DNA of 64,000 bases from NCBI RefSeq assembly GCF_036321535.1, contig NC_087436.1:11656001-11720000 (forward strand), given 5' to 3'. A program made the position numbers and the translations under genes. The notes beneath the pieces were generated by a model. It did no database searches, was not told the DNA's origin, and saw only the letters and a list, made by a program, of their open reading frames with translations. Source of the stretch: Camelus dromedarius (Eukaryota). Positions 25,424 to 38,452 of the stretch are shown piece after piece (positions within the stretch are counted from its first letter, which is position 1; every line of letters starts with the position of its first letter).

Positions 25424-26340
25424 CAGTTGACCCTTGAACAACTCAGGGATGCTAACCCTCTGGGAAGTTGAGAATCCATACGTAACTTTTGACTCCTCCA
25501 AAACTGAACTACTAATAGTCTTATTGATCGAAGCCTTACCAATAATATATACAGTTGAGAAAACAAAATGTTAAAAAATAAGGAAGAGAAAATACATTTA
25601 CTCTTTGCTGTACTGTATTTATTAATACTGTTAAGTGTACGTCGTCTGTTTACAAGATGAATGGTCTGTCAGTACCTACATGAACATTGTCTTTATAAGA
25701 TACAAAACACTATAGGTGTTACACAGATTACTAACACCACACATCAAAACTGAAAAGATAATGTGGAAATAATTCAGATTTATTTGCAGGTATAAGGATT
25801 CATGCTTTGATAACAAAGAAGCCGCAGTGTGATTGCTTTGTGGTCTCCTGGTGTAATCGATACGATTGCTTCACGGTAGCCCAGCCTATAACTAATGAAT
25901 GACCATCATAAAATTTTACAGCATAATTTTAGTTATATTCATAATACAGTATTGGAGACATTACCTTTTAAAAAACCATTTACCTGAGATGGTAGGCTGG
26001 TACAGTCTCTCCAGGTAGAAGAGAGAGAGGCATTCTGTATGGTAATGTAATTCTTTGAAAGCAAAGTTATAAAACAGTGTGGAAATACAGCACATTAATT
26101 TTATATGAAATATCACTTGCTTCGTGCCTAGGTGGGAATAAACTAGTATCTACATGTATTTGATACATTTTTTGTGACATACCTTTTTCTTTTCTTTTTT
26201 TGGTTATTTCTAGGCTCTCTGGTTCATCTGTTTTTTCACTGTTGAAAATCTTCAAAAAATTTTCCAATATATTTATTGAAAAAAAATCCGAGTGTAAGTG
26301 GACCTGCACATTTCAAACCTGTGCCATCAAAGGTCAGCTG
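25424..26340. mobile_element. Tigger2-type (TcMar) non-autonomous DNA transposon
   Basis: TA|cagttgacccttgaaca ... tcaaaggtcagctg|TA: terminal inverted repeats with TA duplications. Confidence 0.85.
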
Positions 26341-26895
26341 TAGTTGAGTGAGTTGTGTAGGTGAGAATTAAGCAGTCGGAGGCTTGAGACCAGAGTTGGT
26401 TGGTTTAGAGGAAAAGAAGTGGGACAGTGGCTTAGGGGAGAGGTGGGAGATGTCAGGAAAACTTCTCAAGAGAGGAAGACTTGAGGATGTTTTTCAACTT
26501 GAGGAGGTGAGCTTGGTGAAGAGGGACAGACGAAAGGGTGAGTGAGGGACAAGTTCTTGATGAGGCAGGATGAGGGCACAGGAGCAGGTGGACTTAGAGG
26601 AGACGGTGAGTGAGCCCAGGCTGTGACTCGATAGTCCCTGGTGTAAGTCATTTGAGAATGAGTGGGACTCGAGTAACGATGCAGAGTGAGTTCAGAGTCC
26701 TGAGGAAGCTGGCTGAGCTTCCAGCATCTAAGATAAGAGGTCGATTTGGGGGGCGGGAGAGGGGAGGGGGGTGTTTTAAGCATTGTTAAGCGTGCTTCTG
26801 AGGCTTAATATATTTGGTCTTAGAGGGATCCATCATAGTTCATAAATTAGGAACAGTAGTGAATTTTTTTTTTAATGTCAGACAAAATTGACTTT

Positions 26896-27010
26896 TTATT
26901 TATTTAGTTTTTTTTTTTGGTTTTGTTTTTTAATGGCAGTATTGTGGGTTGAACCCAGGACCTGGTGCATGCTAAGCATGTACTGTACCACCAAGCTATA
27001 CCCACCCTAC
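26896..27010 (-). mobile_element. tRNA-Ala-like SINE inserted in a short + strand L1 endonuclease fragment (about 26870-27120)
   Basis: A/B box head; degenerate TSD caaaattgacttt / caaaaatcaacttt; flank translates KINFKTKFVIRDK (L1 EN-like). Confidence 0.8.
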
Positions 27011-29315
27011 CAAAAATCAACTTTAAAACAAAGTTTGTAATAAGAGACAAAAGGGTGGTATATAATGACAAAGGCTTCAATTCAACAAGAGGATATAACA
27101 TTTGTAAACATTTATGCAACTGTTTTCTTATCATGATAGGTAAGGTTTAGTGCTCTTACACCAATATCCTCTCTCCTTCCCTTCTTCCATCTTTCCGGTA
27201 AGGTTAGTTTACAGTTTTTTCTTAAAACAGCATTCAGAGACTATGTTATTATGCCTATGTAAAAATTATTCACAGTTAAACATTAAAATGCATGTTATTT
27301 TTTCTTTCATTTTTTTTGCTTTTGTTTTTCTCCAAAGTTAATAATTGCCTTATTATTTTCATTTGCTTAACTTTCTTTACACCCATTGCATATTCTTCCC
27401 ATGGTACACTTTTCTATAAGGTCAATCATAGGAGATAATCTGTCCTTTCCAATTTTTCCCTGGAGTTGTCCCTCTGGGAGATCTTCATTTTTCTCCAGTC
27501 TGAATTTGCTCTTCTCTAGGCCTGCCATCCAGCTGTCATCCTGGCACTTTCTTTCGCTGTCTTCCTTAAAATTTCCTTTGCTTTTCTCTTGAGTTGGCGG
27601 GGGTGGGGTGGTCCATATGTCCTGGATCTCAAGGCGTTCTCTTCTTTGGTTTACTCTCTTGCTTTCCTAAAAGCACACGATCAGGGGAACTACATGGTAT
27701 AGCAGCAAAGGGCACTGCTCTAGTCCAGACTGGCTGCGGTCTTCTGCCATTATCCTCCAGGAAATTATTTTGGCTTTTGGTTGGATCTCTTGTTTTCTGT
27801 GTCCCACTTTCTTGGTTTTAGTGGTGAACAACTTCTAGTAGCTTCCTAAGAAAGACTTTGGAGTGGTAACTTCTGGATACTGTGTGGCTGAAAAATACCA
27901 CTCACCCACCTGGTTCAGTAATTTGTCTGGATATCGAATTCTGGGGTGGAAATCCGGTTCCTTTAGAATGTTGAGGGCCTTGCTTCATTGTCTAGCAGTG
28001 AATATTTTTTAGGAAAGAGATATTCTTCATAAGTTTCTCCTTTTTAATTTGCTGACCTATTTAAACTATTTATCATATAAGTAAAACATGCTCATAGAAA
28101 AAAATGTAAGAAGGTATAGAATTGAAAGGAAAATTTTTCTCCTTTCCACAACTCCCCCACCGTGTATGCACATGCATTTTTCTGTACATTTTCTATATGT
28201 GTGTGTAGTATGCACATATGCATAAAAGTGCATAGACAAAACATACAGCCTTTTCACAAAAACGTAAGTGGGGCTCTTGCTGTACATTCTGCAACTTGCT
28301 GTTTCACTTTATACCATATCTTAGACATCTTTCTACATAGAACATGTAGGTCTTCCTCCTTTCAAGCGGCTGTGTGTCTTTGGAAGGACCTGACAATTTA
28401 ATTTGTTTCTTGTTGGTGGGCTTAACGTGTTTTTCTATTTTCTCTTTGTTTTTGCTATTGTAAGCAATGCTTCCTTCAGACTTAGTGAGTGAGAAAATTG
28501 TTGGGTCAAAAAGTGTATTCATTTTGAATTGTAATAAATACTGAATTTTTCCTCAAAGATAGGCTGATCCTCCCGTCAACAGCGTACAGTGGCGCCTGTT
28601 TCCCCATATTGTGACTGGGTGCTGGGCACTAGGAAACGTAAAGATTCTATCTTAGTATGCATTTCCTACGTGAGCGAAATTGAACTGCTCATTTGCTTAG
28701 TGAGCATTTGCGTTTATTTTTTCTGTGAAGCTTCGTGAATGGTCTTCTGTCGTTTTTCTGCCAGATTCTTAGGCTTTTTCTAAAGCACACGTTTAAAGTA
28801 GCCCTTTGTCATAATCCTTGGAAATATTTGTTCCAGTTTGTCATTTGATCTTTGACTTTATTTATAATTGTCTTTTTATTCTCCAGTTATAAGTATTTAA
28901 TTTGTATGTAGTCACATTTGGCAGGCTTTTTCTTTATAGATTCTTTTGGTTTTAAGTGACACTTCTAAACCCAACTGTGAAATTACAAATTTTTCCTTGG
29001 AGACCATGCTGAAAAGTCTCTTTAAAGATGGGTTGAAATTCCTTACCCACTATTGTTCTTTAGATCCTGCTCTTGAAAGTTAACATGTGGCTTTTAAATC
29101 GTATCTACAAGTGGAGGTGGTGAGGACATACTGTAGACTTGTGTTTTTAATCATATGTTTAGGACCTGAGAGATTGGTGCTCCTTTAGCAATTCTTATTT
29201 TAAAAATTAATCAGAAGGATTTTAAAACCTGTTTTCTTGGAATTCCATTATCTAGCTTGCTTATTACTTATTTATTTATATTTACAGAGTTATAAGGCTG
29301 TCTGCAGAGCTTTGA

Positions 29316-29639
<324 letters not shown>

Positions 29640-29661
29640 TAGCTCAAAATAGACTCTAGAT

Positions 29662-29977
29662 CAGGGTTGTCCAGTAGAAATATAATGAAGCCACATATGT
29701 AATTTTCTAGTAGAATACATTAAAAAGTAAAAAAGAAATGTAGAAAATAATGTTAACAGTATATTTTATTTAACCCAGTAAATGTCTACTGTTACTGTCT
29801 TAACAAGTAATCAAAATTTAAGAGTATTTAACAGGATATGTTCTGTTCTTATTCTTATAATAAGTCTTTGGGATCCAGTGTATATTTTACACTAATTTCA
29901 GCCCATCTCAATTTAGACTAGGTGCATTTAAAGTGTTTAATAGCCACATGTTTCTAGTTGCTACTGTATTAGCATAG
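29662..29977. mobile_element. hAT-Charlie MITE, MER33-like
   Basis: cagggttgtccagtagaaatataatg start; 8-bp TSD ctctagat / ccctagat. Confidence 0.75.
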
Positions 29978-30072
29978 CCCTAGATCATTACTGATAAAGT
30001 TGCCAAGAATAATTTGTTAAATTGTGCCTTAACTCTATTTGATGTTTGTCTAATTTGGGTTTATAAATTTTA

Positions 30073-30521
30073 TTTATTTTTTTTTTTGCTGAGATATCTT
30101 TGATTTACAATATATTGGTGTCAGGTGTACAACATTGTGATTCAAAATATTTATAGATTATACTCCGTTTAAAATTATAAAATACTGGCTCTGTACTCTA
30201 TGCTGTACAATAGATCCTTATTGTTTATCTGCTTTACACATAGTAGTTTGTACCTCTTAATCCCCTGCCTCTGTCTCTCCCCTACCCTCTCCCTCTCCCC
30301 ACTGGTAACCACTAGTTTGTTTTCTATATCTGTGAGTCTGTGTTTTGTTATTCATTTATTTGTTTTGGGGTTTTTTGCCCACATATAAGTGATAACATAC
30401 AGTATTTGTTTTTCTCTGACCTACTTCACCAAGCATAATACCCTCCAATACCACCCATGTTGTTACAAATGGCAAAATTTCACTCTTTTTAATGACCGAG
30501 TACTATTACATTATATATATG

Positions 30522-30552
<31 letters not shown>

Positions 30553-32037
30553 ATATATACATATCTTCTTTATCCATTCATCTGTTGATGGACACTTAAT
30601 TTAGGTCACTTCCATATCTTGGCTATAATAATGCTGCTGTGAACATTGGAGGGGCAGGTGCATGTATCTTTTTAAATTAGTGTTTTCTTTTTGGATATAA
30701 ACCCAGAAGTAGAATTACTGGATCATATGGTTTTAGTTTTTGAGGAACCTCCATACTGTTTTCTACAGCAGCTGCACCAGTTTACATTCCCACCAGCTGC
30801 ATACGAGGGTTACCTTTTATCCACATCCTCACCAACATCTGTTGTTTGTGGTCCTTTTGATGATAGCCATTCTGACAGGTGTGAGATGATATCTCATAGT
30901 GATTTTGATGTGCATTTCCCTGATGATTAGCAATGCTGAGCATCTTTTCATGTGCCTGTTGGCCATCTGTATATCTTTAGAAAAATGTCTATTCAGGTCT
31001 TCTGCCCAGTTTTTAATTTGTTGTGTTTTTTTTTGATATTGAGTTGAATGAGCTGTTTATATATTTTGGATATTAATCCCTTATCATTCACAAATCATTT
31101 TGGATATTAATCCCTTATCATTCACAAATATTTTCTCCCATTCAGTAGGTTGTCTTTTTGCTTTGTCAATGGTTTCCTTTGTTGTGCAAAAGCTTTTAAG
31201 TTTAAATAGGTCCTGTTTGTTTATTTTTGCTTTTCTTTCCTTTGCCTTTGGAGACAGATCCAAAAAAATATTGCTACAGTTTATATCAGAGTGTTCTGCC
31301 TATGTTTTCTTCTAGGAGTTTTATGGTGTTTCCATAAAAATTTTAAAATTATTCGTTCTAGTTCTGTGGAAAATGCTGTTGGTGTTTTGATAAGGATTGC
31401 ATCGAATCTGTAGGTTGCCTTGGGCAGTATGGCCATTTCAACAATGTTAGTTCTTCTGATCCTTCAATATGCTATATCCTTCCGTCTGTGTCATCTTCAG
31501 TTTTTTCATCAGTCTTACAGTTTTCCGAGTACAGGTCCTTAGGTAGGTTTATTCCTAGGTATTTCATTCTTTTGGCTGCAGTGGTAAATGGGATTGTTTC
31601 CTAAATTTCTCTTTCTGATAGTTTGTTGTTAGTGTATAGAAATCCAACAGAGTTCTGTATATTATTAATTCTGTATCCAGCAACTTTACTAAATTCATTG
31701 ATGAGCTCTAGTAGTTTTCTAGTAGCATCTTTAGGATTTTCTATGTATAGTTTCATGTCATCTGCAAACAGTGACAGTTTTACTTCTTCCTTTCCAATTT
31801 GGATTCCTTTTATTTCTTTTTCTTGTCTAATTGCGGTGGCTAGGACTTCCAATACTATGTTAAACAAAAGTGGCAAGAGTAGCATCCTTGTCTTGTTTCT
31901 GATCTTAGACAAAATGCTTTTAGCTTTTCACCATCGAGTATAATGTTAGCTGTGGGGTTTGTCAATATGGCCTTTATTATGTTGAGATATGTTCCCTCTA
32001 TACCCACTTTATGGAGAGGTTTTATCACAAATGAATG
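30073..32037 (-). mobile_element. 5'-truncated LINE-1 (RT region to poly-A)
   Basis: ORF 31601-31912(-) [40 protein letters not shown] (L1 RT); poly-T at 30077-30087; TSD ttataaatttta 30061-30072 / 32038-32049. Confidence 0.92.
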
Positions 32038-34921
32038 TTATAAATTTTAATTTTTAAGTTAACTGGAAGGGAAGGTTATGGGGATTTTTGAGTATTATTT
32101 TGCAGTTCACTCCAACCCTTGATGTCTCAGGCCCTAAGTGTATGTTAATTTGCTAAGACCTTGATCACGACTATTAGGGTTTTGTTTTAACATATTGTGG
32201 TAGTTCTGCGCATTCTTGTCATTCTAAAAAAAAGTGATGATGCTCCTAGCTTCTAGGTATTTGCCTCAGTGCACTAAATGTTTCTTGAGAGCTTGCTGTG
32301 CATGACAAGGTGTTGAGATATATGCAGCGCCTCTTCTCAGTTTTGAACAGGGAAAGTAATGAACTCTAGCAATGTGTAGACCAATGAGGTTGACACTGTT
32401 CCCAGTAAAGAATGTGGACCAGCTTATTAAAGAAAGGAGCCATTTATCAGCACTTGGTAAATTCATGATTGTTTCTAATGCTGTTTACCTTTTTCTAAAA
32501 AATCATGGCAAACTGAAACTGGAGGGCACACAGTCTTGGTAGAAAGTAGGCATCTTGGGAGTGTTCATCTAAGGAGACAGGTACATGTCTGGTGCAGTGC
32601 CTGCACGCATCCTTTCTGGTCCGTCTATTTGCTTCGTAGCCTCCCAGTGAGTCTCACTTTATGCAGGTACTAACACTGATGCTCTTGGGGGAGTGCAGGG
32701 GGCCAGCTCCCTGTGGACTCCAATGCAAAGGAGGGAAGAACAAGCGGTAAAGGGAGAAGGAATAAAATGGGATGTGGCCCAAAGGAGGGTAACCTGTTAC
32801 CTTAAATAAAGAACACAAAATTTCCAATTTTTTTTTTAAATGAAATAAGAACTGGTTTGAAAGGCAGAATTTCAGGTTGGATGTCTAAATTCTCATGTGT
32901 GTTTGAAATTCCAGCTGCCATGAGTCACCCAGTAGTTTATGTATAGGGCCGATTGGTTGTATGGCTGGCCAGGCCTTTCTGCTCTGCCCTCTATGGCTGA
33001 CCCACTGGTCAGAGGTGGTAACTTTTTCAGAGAGAGAAAGATCTTTTTCTGTCAAGGGTTTATGAAGACTTCAGAATAAAACATGGCAAAAGAAAGAGAG
33101 AGAGAAAGAAAGAAAAAGACAAGCAATAATCTGGTAGATCAAATTGTTATTTATAAACGGAGATTGAAAGGCTTCAAGTCTGTATTTAAAATGTTCTCCT
33201 TGAGTTTCACAACCATTAAGTTCCCTGCTTTGGGCTTTTTTGATACTAAAATTAATTGTGAAGGTAAATCAGGACCAGTTTTCACACTATAAGGGGGGTT
33301 AAAAACAAGCCAAAGAATCAGTACAAGCTAATTACAGGTTTACACATTTTGAAGGCAGATACCCTAAAACATTGAAGGTACAGGAAGAAGTTGGTGGTGG
33401 AGCTAACACTGAAGACTTTCTGCTTTGAAACAGAAAAGATAGTTAAGTGAGGGCGCTATACACACGGGAATGAAAAAGTGATGAAGTAGACCTTGCAGGA
33501 TTTTTTTTTTAAGTCATACATCTTAATAATTTTCTGGGAATTATCCTCAAGGTTATTTACACCAAAACATTCTTTCTGAAGTCTATGGCCCTGGTAAACA
33601 GAATACATGTGATTTTTTTTTTTTTTAGTTGATTCATTTTTGTGTTAATTTCTGCAGCTAGGGTACCACGAATCTGTTAATCATAGTTTCTACGGGAAAA
33701 ACCATGCCATTGCCAGCCCAAGCCAGCATCTTCCATTTATTCCCTCTTCCACTTATCTCCTTCCATTTTGTCCCCATCAAAGATGGGAAGTTTGGAGGAG
33801 CAGCGTCAGAGTAGAAGTAGACAATTATAAATTATCTTGGCCTAATTCCTTTATTTTATTGTTGAGTAAACTGAGTTGTGAATGCCACAGAAGCCCTGAG
33901 GTCAGAGCCAGCTCTCCAGATTGATTACCAGTTGAATGCTGTTCCTTTTGTTGTTTTGTTCGTCAGGGAAGGTAACTCTCCTAAAGAATTTCAGGAGCAC
34001 TGGAGACCTAGTTTGGTTTGTCCAAGTTCTGCTAATAACTGCCTGTGTGATCCTGGGCAGAGTGGTTGACCTCTTTGGGCTTCTGCTGATGGGCAGTGGT
34101 TTCCATCCATGGGCTATTGTGGTTCGGTTAAAACTTTCATTGGCGGGTTTCTGAATTTTTAAGCAGGGACATTTAAAACAAAGCAGTAACTACTATTTAT
34201 TATGACCATCTTTTTGTAAAACCAAAAGCTCCTCTTATCTAAGGGCAGCCCTTTAAATTGAATAAATTTAGATTTTTCTGTATGGCTTGCTGAGCAGTTC
34301 CATAACCTGATGAGGTTTTATGAACATTTCACCTTGATCTCACTTTCTCATTTTGACTTTAATCCGTGAAATTCTCCACCTATGAGTAGTACCTGTCCGT
34401 TCTTTGGGAGCCGCTGGACACGTTTGTTTCTAAAGTTCTTTCAGCTCAGAGTTTATAATTCTGTCACTGTTACATGAACAAAAATGCACTTATTTCTGGG
34501 AATGAATACCACTGAATGGCCGGAAGGACCGAGTTGCCTGTGCAGTGAGGCTCCCAATGCTGCGTTTACAACCACCTCAGCAGTGGGGAGAGCCCAGCTG
34601 TGATCTTAGCTTAACACTTTTCTTCCTCTTGGGAATTTTTGGTAAAAGAAGTAAACGGTCTGTGGGCAGCAAATAGGAGCGTTGTTCATTCTGTGGGGCT
34701 GTTTTGGTTTATTGAGATCACTGGGATTATTACGCCTGGGTGTGTCTGTTCACGGTTCCTTCACCTATTTAAAGTGGTGATAACAGTTGTCAAGAACTCA
34801 GCGGGGGCGGATGTTGTGGTTCCTGGGCCCTAGTTACTGTAACATAGCAATTATAGTACAGAACTCACATAGCATAGGATTCATTAAATAGCATAGAATT
34901 CAGGACTCATTTAAACACTAG

Positions 34922-35209
<288 letters not shown>

Positions 35210-35927
35210 TAAAATACTCTTAATGGTTATCTTCTTTCTTCGTTTGGTTAATGTTTGTTTGTTCTAAACTTTGCAAGTAAAATGTAGAAAAGTAAACCAT
35301 AGTAGAAACTTAAAATGTCCCCATTTTTATGTTTCTACGTTTTAATGTAATATTTTATTGGAAGGTGAGTTTCTCCCATCCGCAGTTTCTATAACATCCT
35401 TTATAGGCGTGTATACAGATACATGTGCTTATACCAAGAAAAAATAAATTGCATTTTAAGTCTAAATGAATGAAAAAAAATGAAAGAATAGTGAGATTTG
35501 TAAAAGTTGTGACCATATAGACACAAAGATGTTATCTGAGCATAAATATTTGTGTTAAATAATATTTGTATTTAACTGTCTGTTCCCAACATAACCTGAA
35601 TTTAGATGCACAGTGTATAGATATATACTTTTCCTATTAATGTATATTCCTGTAAGTTTTGAATTTTGTTTAACTCCAATTTTATACCTGTGAATTTTTT
35701 TTTTTAATGAATTAGAATGGGTATGGTGGTCAGGCTGTAACCCTTCTTCAAGTGGTATCAGATAGCCAACTTGTATCTAGCAGTTTTAAGGATTTGTTGA
35801 TTAACATATCCAATTAGATCAAGCTGGTATTTGGTTTTATGCAGTGTCTCAAGTGGTGTTCCCAGGTTAAAATCTAGATCGTTTAAGAAAAAGTTATTTT
35901 ATACTCATTACAGTATTTTCATCCTAA

Positions 35928-36062
<135 letters not shown>

Positions 36063-36190
36063 TAGAATTCTATTTAATGCATTTTTTTCTATTAGAGGCA
36101 AAAATCTCATTTTTTTAAAAAATCTGGACTTTAAAAAAAAATTGTCAGTGGTCTTTTATTTCTTTTTCCTTTGGCATCATTGTTAAGAAT

Positions 36191-36194
<4 letters not shown>

Positions 36195-36274
<80 letters not shown>
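36195..36274 (+). repeat. (CA)40 pure microsatellite
   Basis: 80 bp uninterrupted, counted from the sequence. Confidence 0.95.
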
Positions 36275-36275
<1 letters not shown>

Positions 36276-36855
36276 CCAGTTCTGCAGACTGTCTTTAGTA
36301 TCTTAATTTCATGGTAAATTGAGACTCAAAGGAAAAATGTTACATGAAAGTGTTCATCTTTGTCTTTGGGGCCAGAGCACTACCCTGACACAATTGGGTA
36401 CCTGACACTTTGGTAGAGGCTCTAGTGATGTTAGCATCACTTAATGGGATCCCAAAACAACAAACCTTGAATCGTTAAACTTCTAAAACAATTTCTAACT
36501 TAGTTTTAATGCATTTCCACCTCACTGCAAAATCCCCCCCAACTAAACAGTGATTTTTATCGGCACTACTTTGTTGTTAGCTTTTGTCGGATTGGTTATC
36601 TCAGTCTTCCTTGATCCACATTGATCCTGATTACATGATATGCTCAGCGAAACATCCCTTTCTTGGCAGAACAATTTCAAACGCATTAACCAAAATTAGA
36701 GTCAGTTGTTTAATGCCTTTACCTTAAGCCATCAAAGACAGTTTTTAAAATAGATTGTATTAAGGACATCCCTAGACCTTTTGATTTTGATAAGAACAAA
36801 AGGATATTTTTATTGAGAATTATTGTTAACGTTTATGTATATGTGGCTAGATATG

Positions 36856-37375
36856 CAGTTGGCCCTCAGTATCTGTGAGTTCTGAACCCATGGATTCAAC
36901 TGAGGATCAAAAATATTTGGGAAGAGGGGAGGGAATAGCCCAGTGGTAGAGTGCACGTCTAGCATACACAACGTCCTGGGTTCAATCCCAGTGCTTCCAC
37001 TAAAATAAATAAATAAACCTAATTACCCCCAACCAACAAAAATAAACAAACAGTGACTTAAACAAGTCAGAAGATTAAAAATACATATATTCAGGGAAAA
37101 AAATTCCAGAAAATTCCAAAAGGCAAAACTTGAATTTGTCTGAGTGGGCAACTATTTACATAACATTTAAATTGTATTCATAGCTATTTGCATAGCACTT
37201 ACATTGTTCTAGGTAATATAAGTAATCTAGAGATGACTTAAACTATGTGGGAGGTTATGCACAGGTTACATGCAAATGTTGCACCATTTTATATAAGGGA
37301 CTTGAGCATCTGTGGAGTTTGGCATCTGAGGGGAATTTCTGGAACCAATACCCTTTGGATACCGAGGGATGACTG
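36856..37375. mobile_element. MER2/Tigger3-type MITE interrupted by a SINE
   Basis: TIRs cagttggccctcagtatc ... gataccgagggatgactg. Confidence 0.75.
36926..37050 (+). mobile_element. tRNA-Ala-like SINE
   Basis: ggggagggaatagcccagtggtagag...gggttcaatcccc...(aaat)n cctaattaccccc. Confidence 0.88.
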
Positions 37376-37439
37376 TGCTATTGTAACATGCAGAAAGGAT
37401 ATAGTTTTATAAAACTATGTGCATAAATAAATTAGAATA

Positions 37440-37845
37440 TATATGTATATTAGCATTGTACACACAGATTTATTTTAAGGAACTGGCTTTAATTATGGGG
37501 GCTGGCGAATCTGAAATTGGTCGGGCAGCTCACAGACTGGAAATGCAGGTGAGACTTGATGCTGCAGCCGTGGGTCTGAAGCCCACAGGGCAGCAGACTG
37601 GAAACCAGGTAGGGTTTCTGTATTGCGGTCTGGAGAGTTCCTTCTTCCTTGGTAAGCCACAGTCTTTGCTCAGTTTTAAAGCCTTTGAGTAGGTGAAGCC
37701 CACCTGCCTTATGGAGGGTCCGGTCTACTGATTCAATGTCAATAACATCTGAAAAAGACCTTCACAGCAGCACCTCAGTTGGTGTTTGACCAGGCAGCTG
37801 GGCACCGTGGCTTCAATAAGTGGACATGTAAAATTCTCCATCACA
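37440..37845. mobile_element. ERVL LTR, MLT2-like
   Basis: agatttattttaaggaactggct...gacatgtaaaattctccatcaca, typical MLT2 text; left boundary uncertain. Confidence 0.65.
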
Positions 37846-37874
37846 CTGTGTTAAGCAGTTCTTCTTTATTTCAG

Positions 37875-38029
37875 TCTCCCTTTGGAATGGAAGCTGAATA
37901 TGCACATCCTCTGGAAACCCTAATTCTTGGAACTGGATTTTTCATCGGAATCATGCTTTTATGTGATCATGTTATTCTTCTCTGGGCCTGGGTGACCGTG
38001 CGTTTGATAGAAACTATTGATGTCCATAG
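37875..38029 (+). CDS. MSMO1: MSMO1 exon 5
   Basis: tttcag|TCT CCC...CAT AG|gtgagc; 155 nt; [51 protein letters not shown](S). Confidence 0.97.
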
Positions 38030-38306
38030 GTGAGCTATGGTTTCTATTCAGGTAGAAGGCAGCATAAAATATCTTTTTTTCCATGGTCATAGATTATCTT
38101 TATTTCTTTTTTTAAATTGAGATGTAATTGACATAAATAAAGATATAATTATCTTTTTTTAAAATTGAGATGTAATTGACATGTTAGTTTTAGGTGTACA
38201 AAATAATGATTTGATATATTGTAAAATGACCACCACAGTAAGTTTCATTAACATCTACCATTACACATAGTTGCAAGGTTTTTTTCTTATGACAAGAGCT
38301 TTTTAA

Positions 38307-38452
38307 AAATTATTTTATTTTTTATTATTTTTTTGTTGGTGGGGGGAGGTAGTTAAGTTTATTTATTTTTGGAGGAGGTACTGGGGATTGAACCCAGGAC
38401 TTTGTGTATGCTAAGCATGCACTCTACCACTTGAGCTATACCCTCCCCACCA
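38307..38452 (-). mobile_element. tRNA-Ala-like SINE nested in an L1MA-type 3' end (about 38100-38610)
   Basis: A/B box head; TSD acaagagctttttaa 38292-38306 / acaagaacttttaa 38453-38466. Confidence 0.88.

Noticed and set aside
31935..32037. The L1 at 30-32 kb ends close to where the 6.4-kb L1 resumes, as if one element had been split
   Set aside because: Each has its own TSD and poly-T, and the overlapping parts differ at many bases; they are independent insertions.
36926..37000. Possible tRNA-Ala genes
   Set aside because: All copies have A-rich tails, several have TSDs, and the stems are disrupted; they are SINEs.
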